Part shown: positions 31,001-40,648 of the stretch, one piece after another
Layout: every line of letters starts with the position of its first letter
Position numbering within the stretch: position 1 is the stretch's first letter
Origin: Myxococcota bacterium
GTDB lineage: Bacteria; Myxococcota_A; UBA796
Direction: 5' to 3'
Assembly: GCA_036156175.1 (NCBI GenBank)
Contig: JAYZVA010000058.1
Coordinates: 1-63,443, forward strand
DNA: 63,443 bases
Translations under genes and position numbers: made by a program
Notes under the pieces: model-generated
Told to the model about the DNA's origin: nothing
Databases searched by the model: none
What the model saw: only the letters and a program-made list of their open reading frames with translations

Positions 31001-31852
31001 ATGATTTCGCGCCTCACCATGTCCTCGGTCCTCGCGGTGGTCGCCGCAGCCGTCGGATCCTTCTGGAGCGACCATCGCCAACGAACCACCCGCGCAGCGG
31101 CCGTGAGCGACTGGGTGAGCAGCCACGCCCGTTGGCGAGACGACCCAAGCGCGCCCGAGCCGTGGCGCTGGCGGGCCCCTTCCACCGAAAACCGCCTCGA
31201 CCGTTGGGGCAAAGTGGCGCCCAGAACCATCTTGATGGCGGGTGCGGGCCAAGAAGTTTGGGCAGTCAACGAAGCCGCGGGCGTGGGGCGGGATGCCGTT
31301 CCCACCGAGGCGATCCCGTTGATCAGCATCTCCACCGCCGGATTCCTTGGCGTCGCCTTGCCCATGGAACCCGAACACTTTGACATGCTGTCGACGGGCA
31401 TCGTCGCCGGGCTCGACCCGTGGCGAACCATCATGGTTCAGCGGTGCGGCGGCTGCGCGCCGTATGCGCGCGCGTTTCCGTCCCCGGATGTCCCGGTGCT
31501 TGTCGCCGAACACGGGGTCGACGCCCAAGGCGCCACCGGGGTGAACATCGACGTGGAACGCCGGCGGCGGAGCGCCGTCCCGTTCAACAATGCCGGCCGC
31601 CCCTTGACGGAAATGGTGATTCAAGTCCGAAATGGCGCGCTGCCCACATCGGCCAACTGGGCCACGGCCGGACTGGCGGGAATGGCCGCGCTGGAGCTGG
31701 CCGCCCAACGACGGACCGACCTGACCGAGACCTTCCAGCAGTTGGGCCGCTCCGGTCCGTCCCGGACGGACCGAATCGCGGGCCTGTGGGCCGCCCACCT
31801 CATGGGCGCGACCAACGACCCCTACCTCGATGCAATCCGGGCGCTGATGTGA
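31001..31852 (+). CDS. Hypothetical protein with N-terminal hydrophobic anchor
   Basis: Only plausible ORF filling the gap; its stop overlaps the GTG start of the next gene. Confidence 0.55.
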   Translation: MISRLTMSSVLAVVAAAVGSFWSDHRQRTTRAAAVSDWVSSHARWRDDPSAPEPWRWRAPSTENRLDRWGKVAPRTILMAGAGQEVWAVNEAAGVGRDAVPTEAIPLISISTAGFLGVALPMEPEHFDMLSTGIVAGLDPWRTIMVQRCGGCAPYARAFPSPDVPVLVAEHGVDAQGATGVNIDVERRRRSAVPFNNAGRPLTEMVIQVRNGALPTSANWATAGLAGMAALELAAQRRTDLTETFQQLGRSGPSRTDRIAGLWAAHLMGATNDPYLDAIRALM

Positions 31853-33384
31853 CGGTACACACCCTGCTGATTCATGCGCCCAAGGTCAACGACCGCTTCG
31901 GTCCGTTGGGCGACGCCATGTCCATCAACTACTTGGCGGTGGGGCTTCCGGCATTGGGCGGAGCCATCGAAGCGACCGGTCGGAGCGTGGAGATCCTTCA
32001 CCTCGGCGTCCAACGGCTCGCCGAACCCGGATTCGACCTCGAGCAGGAGGTTCGACGCCTCAAGCCCACCATTGTTGGATTCTCCCTGCACTGGCACCCC
32101 CAGACGTGGGACACCGTGGAGGCGGTGCGGGCGGTCCGACGCGGTTCGCCCGACACCTTCATCGTGCTGGGCGGGTTCACGGCCAGCGCCATGCACCGCG
32201 AGATCTTGGAGACCACTCCCGAGGTCAACGGCGTGATTCGCGGAGACGGCGAGGTGGCACTGGTGGCCTTGGCGGATGCCTTGGACGCCGATGCGCCGCT
32301 CGCGTCCGTGCCGAACCTGACCTTCCGCTCCACCGCCGGCATCCACGAGAACGCCGTGTCGTCGTTGTCCACGGCGAACAGCATCTCGGGGCTGGACTAC
32401 GAACGCTTCGACCTCATCCGCCACCACCGACGGTACATCAACGAGTTCTGCGGCGCGTTCTACATCCCGCATCGGCGCCCCCAAGCCGCCCTCATGAAGG
32501 TGGGCCAGCGTCTGTTCGGCGGCGCCGGCGGGCGCACCATGATCCTTCCTGCAGGCCGCGGGTGTTCCGTCACCTGCGGCTGGTGCGGCGGCGGCCGCCT
32601 GAGCCACAAAAAGTTTCACGGTCGAAAGAACTGGATTCAGGTCAGCCCGGGCCGCACCGCGGCGCTCATCGCCCGTTCCGTGGAGCTGGGATTCGATGAG
32701 GTGCAGGCCTGCTTCGACCCCACCCCCACCGACCCGCGACACTGGATTGAGGTCGCCCAGCGGGTGAAGGCGTCGGGCGTTCGCACCAAGATGTACTTCG
32801 AGTCCTACGCGATCCCCGAGCCGGAACTCGTCGACGCCCTGGTGGATTCATTCGACTCGGTGCTGATCTCGATGTCTCCCGAGAGTCCCGAAGAAGCCGT
32901 GCGGCGCCGGTTTCGCCCCATGCACTTCAGCAACGATGAGTTGGTCGAAGCCGTGCGGATGTGCGCCACCAAGGGCGCAAACGTCATGCTTTGCTTCGGG
33001 CAAGGACTGCCCGGCGAAGGCGTCAACACGCCCGCCGCGGCCACCAAACTGGTGAAACGCTGCCGAAAGGCCGCCCGCGGCGTGCGCCTGCAGTGCCGGT
33101 CGTTCGCGATCGAGATGGAGCCGGGCAGCCCGTGGGCCCTCAAACCCGAAGCCTACGACATCGAGTTGAGCCGACGGACCTTCACCGACTACGTCGAGGC
33201 GCACCGTCCCGATGCGCCCGCTGACCTGGGCTACCGGGTCAAAGGAGCCGACGATCGGTTCGCCCTCGAGATCCGCGAGGCCGCCTGCAAAGAAATGTGC
33301 CCGTTGCCTCCTTCCCCTCGACTGGGCCACCTGACCTGCAAAGCACTCGGTGCTTTTTCGCCTTCGACCGGCTGTTCGGGGTAG
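31849..33384 (+). CDS. B12-binding radical SAM protein
   Basis: Cobalamin-binding region (VGFSLHWH, VLGGFTAS, RGDGE) followed by GRGCSVTCGWC (CxxxCxxC). GTG 31849 is coupled to the upstream stop. Confidence 0.88.
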   Translation: MTVHTLLIHAPKVNDRFGPLGDAMSINYLAVGLPALGGAIEATGRSVEILHLGVQRLAEPGFDLEQEVRRLKPTIVGFSLHWHPQTWDTVEAVRAVRRGSPDTFIVLGGFTASAMHREILETTPEVNGVIRGDGEVALVALADALDADAPLASVPNLTFRSTAGIHENAVSSLSTANSISGLDYERFDLIRHHRRYINEFCGAFYIPHRRPQAALMKVGQRLFGGAGGRTMILPAGRGCSVTCGWCGGGRLSHKKFHGRKNWIQVSPGRTAALIARSVELGFDEVQACFDPTPTDPRHWIEVAQRVKASGVRTKMYFESYAIPEPELVDALVDSFDSVLISMSPESPEEAVRRRFRPMHFSNDELVEAVRMCATKGANVMLCFGQGLPGEGVNTPAAATKLVKRCRKAARGVRLQCRSFAIEMEPGSPWALKPEAYDIELSRRTFTDYVEAHRPDAPADLGYRVKGADDRFALEIREAACKEMCPLPPSPRLGHLTCKALGAFSPSTGCSG

Positions 33385-33393
33385 GGTACCCGT

Positions 33394-34986
33394 ATGCAGT
33401 CTCCAGCCAGAATGGCGGGGCTCCCACCGGACCGCCCGCCCCGCATCTTGTTCTGCCGCACACCGCGGTACATGTGGCCGATTCTGTCCGAAGCCGACAA
33501 CTTCCTGATTCCGCTCGGCTACTTGTGCCTGGCGGCCGCGCTCCGCGAGTCCATGCCCGATGTCGAGATCAAGCTGATCGACTGCCCGGTGCAGCGCCTG
33601 GGCTGGGGATCCTTGGAAGCGCTGATGCGCGAGTGGCAGCCCGACATGGTCTGCGCCGGGGACGAAGCGATCTACGTCCACGAGAGCGCCAAACTGTTCC
33701 GCACCGCGAAGCGGGCCAATCCTGAGTGCATCACCGTCGGTGGGGGGTTCACGCTCCCGCACGTGCCCGAGTGGGCGTTGGGTCCGGGCAGCTGCGACTA
33801 CCTGGTGTTTGGCGAAGGCGAGATCACCTTCACCGAGCTGGTGAAGACCCTCCGTTACGGGGGGGACCTCAGCACCGTAGCGGGACTTCGCTACCTCGAC
33901 ACCGACGGTACGGTGAAAGACACCGGCTTCCGGCCCCTGATCCGGAACCTCGACGACCTGCCGCTTCCCGCCTACGACCTGATGCCGCGCATCAGCCACC
34001 GAAAAGGCGCGAGCTTGTTTCAGAACAGCTTCAACATCGAGAAGGGTCGGGGGTGCATCGACACCTGCAGCTTCTGCGCCATCTGGACCCAGATGGGAAG
34101 CTGGAAAGACGGCAAGCCGCGGCCCCGCTACCGCGCGAAGTCGCCCGAACGCGTGGTGCGCGAGATGGAGATCCTCCACCGCCAGTACGGCTACCACAAC
34201 TTCATGTTCGTGGACGGAACGTTCAACATCGACCCAACCTGGAACGACGACTGGGCCGACCGGGTGATCGCCAAGAACTGGGACGACATTGCGTGGTACG
34301 GCTTCTTCCGGGCGGACTCGTACGAGCGGGAACACAAGATGGGCGTCTTCAAGAAGCTCGTCCAGACCGGGCTGCACTGGTACTTGGTGGGAGTCGAACG
34401 CGAGACCGCTGAAGATTACGAGTTCTTGAGCAAGCACAACTACGATACGCAGTCCATGCACGCCATGTTTGAGAGCCTCCGCATCGACTACCCGGAGGTG
34501 GTGCGCCACGCGACGTTCATCATCGGGTTGCCCGACGACACCCGGGAAAAACTGGACCGCCTCTTCGACTACGCCGTCAGCCTGCGCCCCGACTTCATCG
34601 CCTTTCAGACCATCAGCCCCGAGCCCGGCACGCCGCTTTGGAACCAAGCGATCGGCGAAGGGTGGCTGGAGGACAAGGGGATGGACGAACTCAAAGAGTT
34701 CTACTGGTGGCAGCCGGTCATGAAGACCAATCACCTGTCGATGCAAGAGATGCTGGAAGTGGCCAACACCATGAACCGAAACGTCTTCTCCAGCTACGTG
34801 CGGTGGGACACGGTGCGGTCCCTGGTCAGCCGATCCCGCGCCCGACGGGGCTACTACCAGTTCATGGTCGCGGTCGGAGCCAAGACGATGGCCCAGCACA
34901 TGTTCGATTCCATGCGCGGCAAGACGTCGTTCTCACACCTCAATGTCATCAAAGACATGGTGAAGCCTCACTGGTACGACCTCTGA
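33394..34986 (+). CDS. B12-binding radical SAM protein (class B methyltransferase/BchE-HpnJ-like superfamily)
   Basis: PLGYLCLAA, VGGG, GEGEITF, LDDLPLPAYDL, GRGCIDTCSFC, FIIGLPDDT, PEPGTPLW. Confidence 0.92.
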   Translation: MQSPARMAGLPPDRPPRILFCRTPRYMWPILSEADNFLIPLGYLCLAAALRESMPDVEIKLIDCPVQRLGWGSLEALMREWQPDMVCAGDEAIYVHESAKLFRTAKRANPECITVGGGFTLPHVPEWALGPGSCDYLVFGEGEITFTELVKTLRYGGDLSTVAGLRYLDTDGTVKDTGFRPLIRNLDDLPLPAYDLMPRISHRKGASLFQNSFNIEKGRGCIDTCSFCAIWTQMGSWKDGKPRPRYRAKSPERVVREMEILHRQYGYHNFMFVDGTFNIDPTWNDDWADRVIAKNWDDIAWYGFFRADSYEREHKMGVFKKLVQTGLHWYLVGVERETAEDYEFLSKHNYDTQSMHAMFESLRIDYPEVVRHATFIIGLPDDTREKLDRLFDYAVSLRPDFIAFQTISPEPGTPLWNQAIGEGWLEDKGMDELKEFYWWQPVMKTNHLSMQEMLEVANTMNRNVFSSYVRWDTVRSLVSRSRARRGYYQFMVAVGAKTMAQHMFDSMRGKTSFSHLNVIKDMVKPHWYDL

Positions 34987-36665
34987 GTCACGGTGGTGCC
35001 GGCAGGCACATTTGCGTGCTCCACCGGGTCTCCATTCACCGGTGTGATGCGCACCCAATCGGCGACCGGATGCCCCGCCAAGCCCAGATGAAGCGATGAC
35101 CCCGAGTTGGAGAAGGTGGTGCCGGGGAGCATCCACGTCTCGCGCGCGAGCCCATTGACCGACCACTCCACCGTGGCTCCCAAGTCGGCCGCACCCATCT
35201 CGGGAAAATCCACGACTACCCCGGGGCCACAGCCGCCTTCTGAAGCATAGATGCGAATCACCTGATGGCGATTCGCCAACAGTCCGGAGGTCGCCAAGTC
35301 GGGCAGCCCATCTCGATTGAAGTCTGCCACCACGACGGCTCGAGTCACGCCCATCGCATCGAACCCGAGCATCGATGAGAACTCGGTAAACGCGTCGCCA
35401 TCGTTCATCCACAGCGCATTGGGCTGAGCCGGCAGGTCATCGATGTCCGCCACCACTTCGTGATCCACCAGGTCGGACCAATCGCCTTCCATGCCCACCA
35501 ACACCGGCCCGAAGGTCGACACCAAGTCCGAGTGACCGTCCATGTTGAGATCGATGAATGAGGTTCCCCATCCCGTGACCCGCTCGGGGCCCACCGCAAT
35601 GCCCCGAGCCAGTGCCGACTCGTAGTACCGTCCGTCGCCCATTCCCATCAGCAGTTCCGGCGAGCCAAAGTTGGTCACGTGCACATCGGGCACACCGTCG
35701 CCATCGACGTCACCCACCGCGCCGCCCATGCCGAACTTGGCACCATCGCACTGGCAGTCATCCGCAGTCGTGAAGGTTCCGCCCTCGTTGACCATCAGCT
35801 CGCTGGCGTGAATGAACGCGCCAAAGTCGTTGATGACCAACAGGTCCAAGTCCCCGTCGTCATCGGCGTCGTAAGGGATCCCCTGAAACGAGGCCGCGAC
35901 TGGATTTCCGGGCACGGTTCCCGGAGAGAACACACCGGCGTCGTTCCAATAAAACCCGTTCGGGTCGGCCTCAAACGTGCCCGCCATCAGCTCCGGAAGC
36001 GAAGTGGAGTGCGCATCGACGTGGCGGGCCACAAACAAGTCCAGATCGCCATCGGCATCGGCATCAAACAGGGCCGCGCTCTGACTCTCAAAGGAGGAAT
36101 TCACGAGCTCTGTTGACTCGAACCGTCCTTCGCCGCGATTGATGTACACCCGGTCGGGGGTTCCGGTGCTGGTCAAGAGCACCAGGTCGACCCGACCATC
36201 GCCGTCGACATCGCCCGTGGTCAGCCCGTTGCCCATCGGGAGCGGTCCCCCATCGAACTCGATCGTGGAATCGGGTGCAAAGGACCCGCCGTCGTTCACC
36301 AGGACATGGGTCTGGGCCCACGCGCCGGCCGGCACCAGATCGGGCCAGCCATCGTCGTTGACATCCAGCACGGCCAGCCCCCACCCGCAGGAGCCCAACA
36401 CAAACGGTGCGGGCGGCGACCCCATGGGATGGATCTGGGTCGATGTGAATTCCGACACCAACCGCAGGCCGGGCGCGGCGCACTCGGGCGCGGACGGCTC
36501 TCCGGGGATTGCGGTACCCGTGTCATCCGCCGGCCCGGTATCGGATGGCGTGGCATCCGATGGGTCATCGATCGCCGACGCTCCGGTGTCGATGCCCGGT
36601 TCGGCGATCGGGTCGGGGCTGCCCGACGATGTGCACGCAATCGCCAAGAAAAGAAACGCCGTCAC
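34968..36665 (-). CDS. CRTAC1/ASPIC-UnbV family FG-GAP lipoprotein
   Basis: GTG 36665, lipobox LAIAC; DxDGDG repeats; C-terminal ASPIC-like LHLGL. Confidence 0.85.
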   Translation of the reverse strand: MTAFLFLAIACTSSGSPDPIAEPGIDTGASAIDDPSDATPSDTGPADDTGTAIPGEPSAPECAAPGLRLVSEFTSTQIHPMGSPPAPFVLGSCGWGLAVLDVNDDGWPDLVPAGAWAQTHVLVNDGGSFAPDSTIEFDGGPLPMGNGLTTGDVDGDGRVDLVLLTSTGTPDRVYINRGEGRFESTELVNSSFESQSAALFDADADGDLDLFVARHVDAHSTSLPELMAGTFEADPNGFYWNDAGVFSPGTVPGNPVAASFQGIPYDADDDGDLDLLVINDFGAFIHASELMVNEGGTFTTADDCQCDGAKFGMGGAVGDVDGDGVPDVHVTNFGSPELLMGMGDGRYYESALARGIAVGPERVTGWGTSFIDLNMDGHSDLVSTFGPVLVGMEGDWSDLVDHEVVADIDDLPAQPNALWMNDGDAFTEFSSMLGFDAMGVTRAVVVADFNRDGLPDLATSGLLANRHQVIRIYASEGGCGPGVVVDFPEMGAADLGATVEWSVNGLARETWMLPGTTFSNSGSSLHLGLAGHPVADWVRITPVNGDPVEHANVPAGTTVTQRSYQ

Positions 36666-37714
36666 TCTTCCCTCCCCGCCGCGCTGTTGTCCAGCTCTTC
36701 CACCACATCGCTGGACAGGAACACGTTGGCCCATGCCGCAAACATCACGCCCGAGATGCCCAGCGAGAGCAGATGAACAATGCGAAGGGACACCACAAAT
36801 GTGCCCGCGTCCACCACCGAGACACCGCCGGCACCCACCATGCTGCCGATGACGGCCACCTCGAAGGTTCCGAGCCCACCGGGCAAGAACATGCCCACCA
36901 AGATCGCCAAGCTGCCGGTTCCTTGCGACAGCATCAACCCAGCAAGGTGAGCCTCGACGTTCAGTGCCACGCACAACAGGATCATTGACACCACCTGGAA
37001 GCCCTGAATGCACACGCTCCATCCAAACACGCGAAGCCATGCGGTCCACGGCGCTCCACCGACCGACACCAAGGCATCCGCAAAGAGCCGCAACGAGCCC
37101 CCCACCGAGCCCAGGGAATCCGTCGCAGCGATGACGCCCTTACCGAGCCGCATCATCCAGGCCGGTCGGGTCGATACGGCACCGAGCCCCACACCAACCA
37201 ACACCAAGATGACGCCGCCTCCAGCGACCACTTGACCCACCACACCATCGACGGTCACAAAGGGAAAAGCCGCGAGCGCAAAGCAGGCTGCGGAAGCCAG
37301 GCCGACAAAGCGCGCGTGCACAGACGCGGCAAACGCCACGCTCATGGGGATGCCGTATCGTTGACGCAATGCAGCCACGGCGGCGACCTCACCCACTGGA
37401 CCGGGGAGCATCAGCGAAAACACGCTGCCCGAGAAAAACAAGGAGCCCACCGTGAACCCCTTCATCTCGCGGGTGTGTTCCGCGGGGGCAATCGCCAGAA
37501 ATCGATGACCGACCAAGATGTTGGCAAACACGAACATGCCCACGGCGGCCGCCAGCCACCCCGGTCGAATCGCCTTGAAGATTGGCCACGGATCCACATC
37601 GGTCGTGAATCGGATGACCCCCACCCCGATGGCCAACGCCAAGATCAAGCCGACCCCCGTCGCGCCCAGCACCCGGCGCATGACCGCCGAGCGAGACAAT
37701 TGCGCCGCGCTCAC
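36662..37714 (-). CDS. Lysylphosphatidylglycerol-synthase TM / UPF0104 flippase-like membrane protein
   Basis: LPGPVGE and LPGGLGTFE motifs, many TM helices. GTG 37714 is coupled to the upstream stop (alternative ATG 37681). Confidence 0.8.
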   Translation of the reverse strand: MSAAQLSRSAVMRRVLGATGVGLILALAIGVGVIRFTTDVDPWPIFKAIRPGWLAAAVGMFVFANILVGHRFLAIAPAEHTREMKGFTVGSLFFSGSVFSLMLPGPVGEVAAVAALRQRYGIPMSVAFAASVHARFVGLASAACFALAAFPFVTVDGVVGQVVAGGGVILVLVGVGLGAVSTRPAWMMRLGKGVIAATDSLGSVGGSLRLFADALVSVGGAPWTAWLRVFGWSVCIQGFQVVSMILLCVALNVEAHLAGLMLSQGTGSLAILVGMFLPGGLGTFEVAVIGSMVGAGGVSVVDAGTFVVSLRIVHLLSLGISGVMFAAWANVFLSSDVVEELDNSAAGREE

Positions 37715-38142
37715 GACTCCTCCCGGAGGGACACAGGAACTCCCGCGCCGGACAACACCTTGACCACTCCCGAGACCACAAACCGCGGCATCCAGCCTTT
37801 CTTGATCAGCGCGATGTCGGAGAGCGAGCCCGTTTGCACCAACTCTCGGCACAGCCTCAACGACTCCCCCGGACCCGGGGGGCCATGGCCCACAAAGTCC
37901 AAGACCAACGAAATCGAACCACCCCACCGCTCGCTGAGGGCGCGCACGGCGGCAACCGCCGCTCGCCGGTGCTCCTCATCGGGGGTGGACGAAGCCATGA
38001 TGCGGAGGATCCGGTTGCCATCGCGGAGACCGACGTCCCGCCCGATGCGGAACACCTCGCCGTGTTCGGCATCCGCGTCGGTCCACTGCAGCTGGGGGGG
38101 CCACTCGGCTTCCATTGGGGGCCTCGGGTCAGCCGCGCGCAC
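37711..38142 (-). CDS. Hypothetical protein (STAS/SEC14-like), paralog of 38129-38689
   Basis: Shares LxWxxxDAExGxxFRIG and the E[RH]WG...D pattern with its upstream neighbour; overlaps both flanking genes. Confidence 0.6.
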   Translation of the reverse strand: MRAADPRPPMEAEWPPQLQWTDADAEHGEVFRIGRDVGLRDGNRILRIMASSTPDEEHRRAAVAAVRALSERWGGSISLVLDFVGHGPPGPGESLRLCRELVQTGSLSDIALIKKGWMPRFVVSGVVKVLSGAGVPVSLREES

Positions 38143-38689
38143 GCCTCAGCACACGGGTGAACAACTGGCCGAAGGCGCCTTCGCCCAACCGCCGCTTGAC
38201 GACCAGTGCGGACGACAGCGGCACCAGCGTGAACCCCGCACGACCCACGGAGGTGTCCATGGCGTCGAGGCGAGCATCGAGCGCCGCCCGTCCATTGATG
38301 GCTTCGAAGGGCATGTCGCCGGCGCAGAACATGCGGCAGACGAAGCGTCCAAGCACTTGCGTGAACGAGTTGTGCATCAGCATGAAGGACTGGTCCACGC
38401 TGCCGTTGCTCCAGGCCGCACGGCTCCACTCGAACAAAAACTGCGCTGCCGGCGGCTTCTTGACGTCCGGGTCAATCACAAACACGACGGGGGCACCCCA
38501 GTGCTCGGCAAGCTCATGAAAGGCCTCCACCGCGGGAGTGAGGTAGTCCAGGTTGGGCGAGTGTTTTGCTGCGAGTCGCACAACCCGCTGGCCTTTTCGC
38601 TCGCGGTAGTAGACGTCTTTGGGACCGATCCGAAACAGGGGGCCTTCTTCTGCGTCCTTGTTGATCCATTCCAACTCGTATTTCGCCAT
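38129..38689 (-). CDS. Hypothetical protein (STAS/SEC14-like)
   Basis: GAGGTG RBS before ATG 38689; alpha/beta pattern VVFVID...FTQVLGRFV...PFEA. Confidence 0.65.
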   Translation of the reverse strand: MAKYELEWINKDAEEGPLFRIGPKDVYYRERKGQRVVRLAAKHSPNLDYLTPAVEAFHELAEHWGAPVVFVIDPDVKKPPAAQFLFEWSRAAWSNGSVDQSFMLMHNSFTQVLGRFVCRMFCAGDMPFEAINGRAALDARLDAMDTSVGRAGFTLVPLSSALVVKRRLGEGAFGQLFTRVLRRARG

Positions 38690-38756
38690 GCTCACCTCTT
38701 GTCCGACCACACCACTCGTGGCACTGTACTGCTCAGCATAACCGAAGAGGCTTCCA

Positions 38757-39425
38757 TTGATCGTTTTCATTGCACTATTGTCGGCGACCTTGGGCGGATG
38801 CAGAGAGGCGTGCCGGGACGGATACGGGCGGGCAGCCGACAACCTTTGCTACCCGCTGGCGGACCGGCCGTGCGGCGAAGGGTACGCACGGTCCGATGAC
38901 GGCGACTGCGTCCCGATCGGCAGCGCCAGCGCGCCAGTCGGCGACACCGATGCCGATGCCGACGCCGACGCCGATGCCGATGCCGACGCCGATGCCGATG
39001 CCGATGCCGATGCCGACGCGGGCGCTCCCACTGGTCCCACCGGGTTCCAGGGCCGGATTGATGTCGATTCGGGACTCGAAATGGACGCCGGGCTGTCGTT
39101 CATCGTCAACGCCTGGACACCCGATCAAGTCGACCCCGCAACGGGGTGGCCCACCGCATCGAGCCCGTTTCAAACCCACACCTTCAACGTGGTTGAGGGT
39201 GGAATCACCCTGAACTATACGTTTCCCCTCAACGACGTGCCCGACGCCGGAGTCGACCTGCGCGTCACTGCAGAAGTCGTCGGAAGCGGCCCGCAATGGG
39301 ACAACGCACTGCCGGCCATCGTCCCGACGGACCCCGATGACGTCCTCGCGTTTTTACCCGGAGACTGGCGGAGCGACGTCGACTTCACGATCGCCATCGG
39401 AGCATCCGACACCGGCGCGCGGTGA
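38757..39425 (+). CDS. Putative lipoprotein with Cys-rich N-terminus and (DA)12 acidic linker
   Basis: TTG start, lipobox TLGGC, two C-x-x-G-Y-x-R units, Asp-Ala linker, beta-rich C-terminal domain. Confidence 0.65.
   Translation: MIVFIALLSATLGGCREACRDGYGRAADNLCYPLADRPCGEGYARSDDGDCVPIGSASAPVGDTDADADADADADADADADADADADAGAPTGPTGFQGRIDVDSGLEMDAGLSFIVNAWTPDQVDPATGWPTASSPFQTHTFNVVEGGITLNYTFPLNDVPDAGVDLRVTAEVVGSGPQWDNALPAIVPTDPDDVLAFLPGDWRSDVDFTIAIGASDTGAR
38949..39020 (+). repeat. Hexanucleotide tandem repeat (GAYGCS)12 encoding (Asp-Ala)12
   Basis: Directly visible GATGCC/GACGCC array. Confidence 0.95.
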
Positions 39426-39427
39426 AC

Positions 39428-40537
39428 TCACCAGGTTGGCTGGTCGATCCGCCGAACCACCGCATTCTCCGTGTCGGCGAAGACCACGTCTCCATCGGGG
39501 GCGTAAACGACATCCCTTGGACTCCGGAGGCTGGCGCCCTCGCTCGCTTCGGTATCGCCATCAAACCCGGTCGCTCCCCGACCCGCAATCGTATCAATGG
39601 TGCCATCGGGAAAGACCGCGCGCAGCGCGTCGTTGCCCGTGTCCGCGATGATCATCCGACCCGCCGAGTTGAACGCGAATCCATACGGCCCCGCCAACTG
39701 CGCATCTTCCGGAGGGCCGCCGTCGCCGAGGTAGCCGCGCACATCGGTCGCGCCCACCACATTCGTGATTGTGCCGGTGGCCGTGTCAACGGAGGCGATC
39801 CGATGCCGCCCCGAATCGGCCACATACAACACGCCCTCGTGAAGCAGCAGCTTCTGGGGTGAGTCGAGCCGGTTGCCGTCGTCTTCGCCATCGGCAGCAA
39901 TCGGAAAGCCTTCCTCGTCTGCACCCGCCACGGTGATCACCCGATCATCCGCAGTGATGGCGCGAATCATGTTGCTGCCCGAGTCTGCGACGTAGATTGT
40001 TCCATCGTTGGCGACGGCAATCCCCGAAAGCGCATCAAACTCGGCCTCATCGGCGGTCACCTCGTCTTCGTTGAAGCCGTCCGTGATCGCCTGAACGCCC
40101 GCCAGGATGGTCAACTCGCCGGCCGCCAAATCAACCACGCCCACCTGGTGGCCCTGGCCTTCCACAAAATACAGCAGGTCATCGGGTCCCACCACCATGT
40201 CCGAGACCGTGAAGAGCGGACTGTTCAGAGCTGGACCCGTCTGGGCGTATGTGTTGGACACCTTGCCCACCACCGTGGTCAAGATTTCGCCATCCATGCG
40301 GCGGATCAAGTAGTTGCGGGAGTCGTTGATCAACAGGCGATCGTCGGCGTCCCATGCCAAGGCGTTCGGGTAGTTGAGGTCCGTGTCCAGCGCGGTCTGG
40401 TTTTGATGGTTGTACCCCTGGTCGCCCGTACCCGCGATGGTGCAGATGATCGCCTCGCCGTCGCAACGGGCCGTTTCTTCTTTGGGCTCCACGCAGCCCA
40501 TCATCGCCAAGCACACCCAAGGTTTCCATCCGTTCAT
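39428..40537 (-). CDS. NHL-repeat lipoprotein
   Basis: GGAGG RBS, lipobox MMGC; repeats IYVADSGSNMIR, LYVADSGRHRI, IADTGNDALR, GYLGDGGP. Confidence 0.88.
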   Translation of the reverse strand: MNGWKPWVCLAMMGCVEPKEETARCDGEAIICTIAGTGDQGYNHQNQTALDTDLNYPNALAWDADDRLLINDSRNYLIRRMDGEILTTVVGKVSNTYAQTGPALNSPLFTVSDMVVGPDDLLYFVEGQGHQVGVVDLAAGELTILAGVQAITDGFNEDEVTADEAEFDALSGIAVANDGTIYVADSGSNMIRAITADDRVITVAGADEEGFPIAADGEDDGNRLDSPQKLLLHEGVLYVADSGRHRIASVDTATGTITNVVGATDVRGYLGDGGPPEDAQLAGPYGFAFNSAGRMIIADTGNDALRAVFPDGTIDTIAGRGATGFDGDTEASEGASLRSPRDVVYAPDGDVVFADTENAVVRRIDQPTW

Positions 40538-40600
40538 GATCGGCCTCCGTCGGGCAATGCTAACCGGGATTGGCAGAAATGAACCTCGCTTTGGCGGTTT

Positions 40601-40633
40601 GGGGGTGACTTTTTGGAACGCGGTGTCTACGTT
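40601..40633 (+). promoter_or_regulatory. Putative alternative (ECF-like) sigma promoter, copy B
   Basis: GGGGGTGACTTTTTGGAACGCGGTGTCTACGTT; 22/33 ungapped identity to the reverse complement of 27414-27446; ends 15 nt before the ATG. Confidence 0.55.
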
Positions 40634-40648
40634 AGGAAAGGAGCCTTC

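Noticed and set aside
31420..31848. N-terminal extensions given by the ORF track (this one, and those of mtgA, purF, pyrC, fmt, the S9 peptidase and others)
   Set aside because: They overlap neighbouring genes or promoters; downstream starts have an RBS or stop/start coupling and match family N-termini.
38949..39020. CRISPR-like repeat
   Set aside because: In-frame hexamer microsatellite with no spacers and no cas genes.
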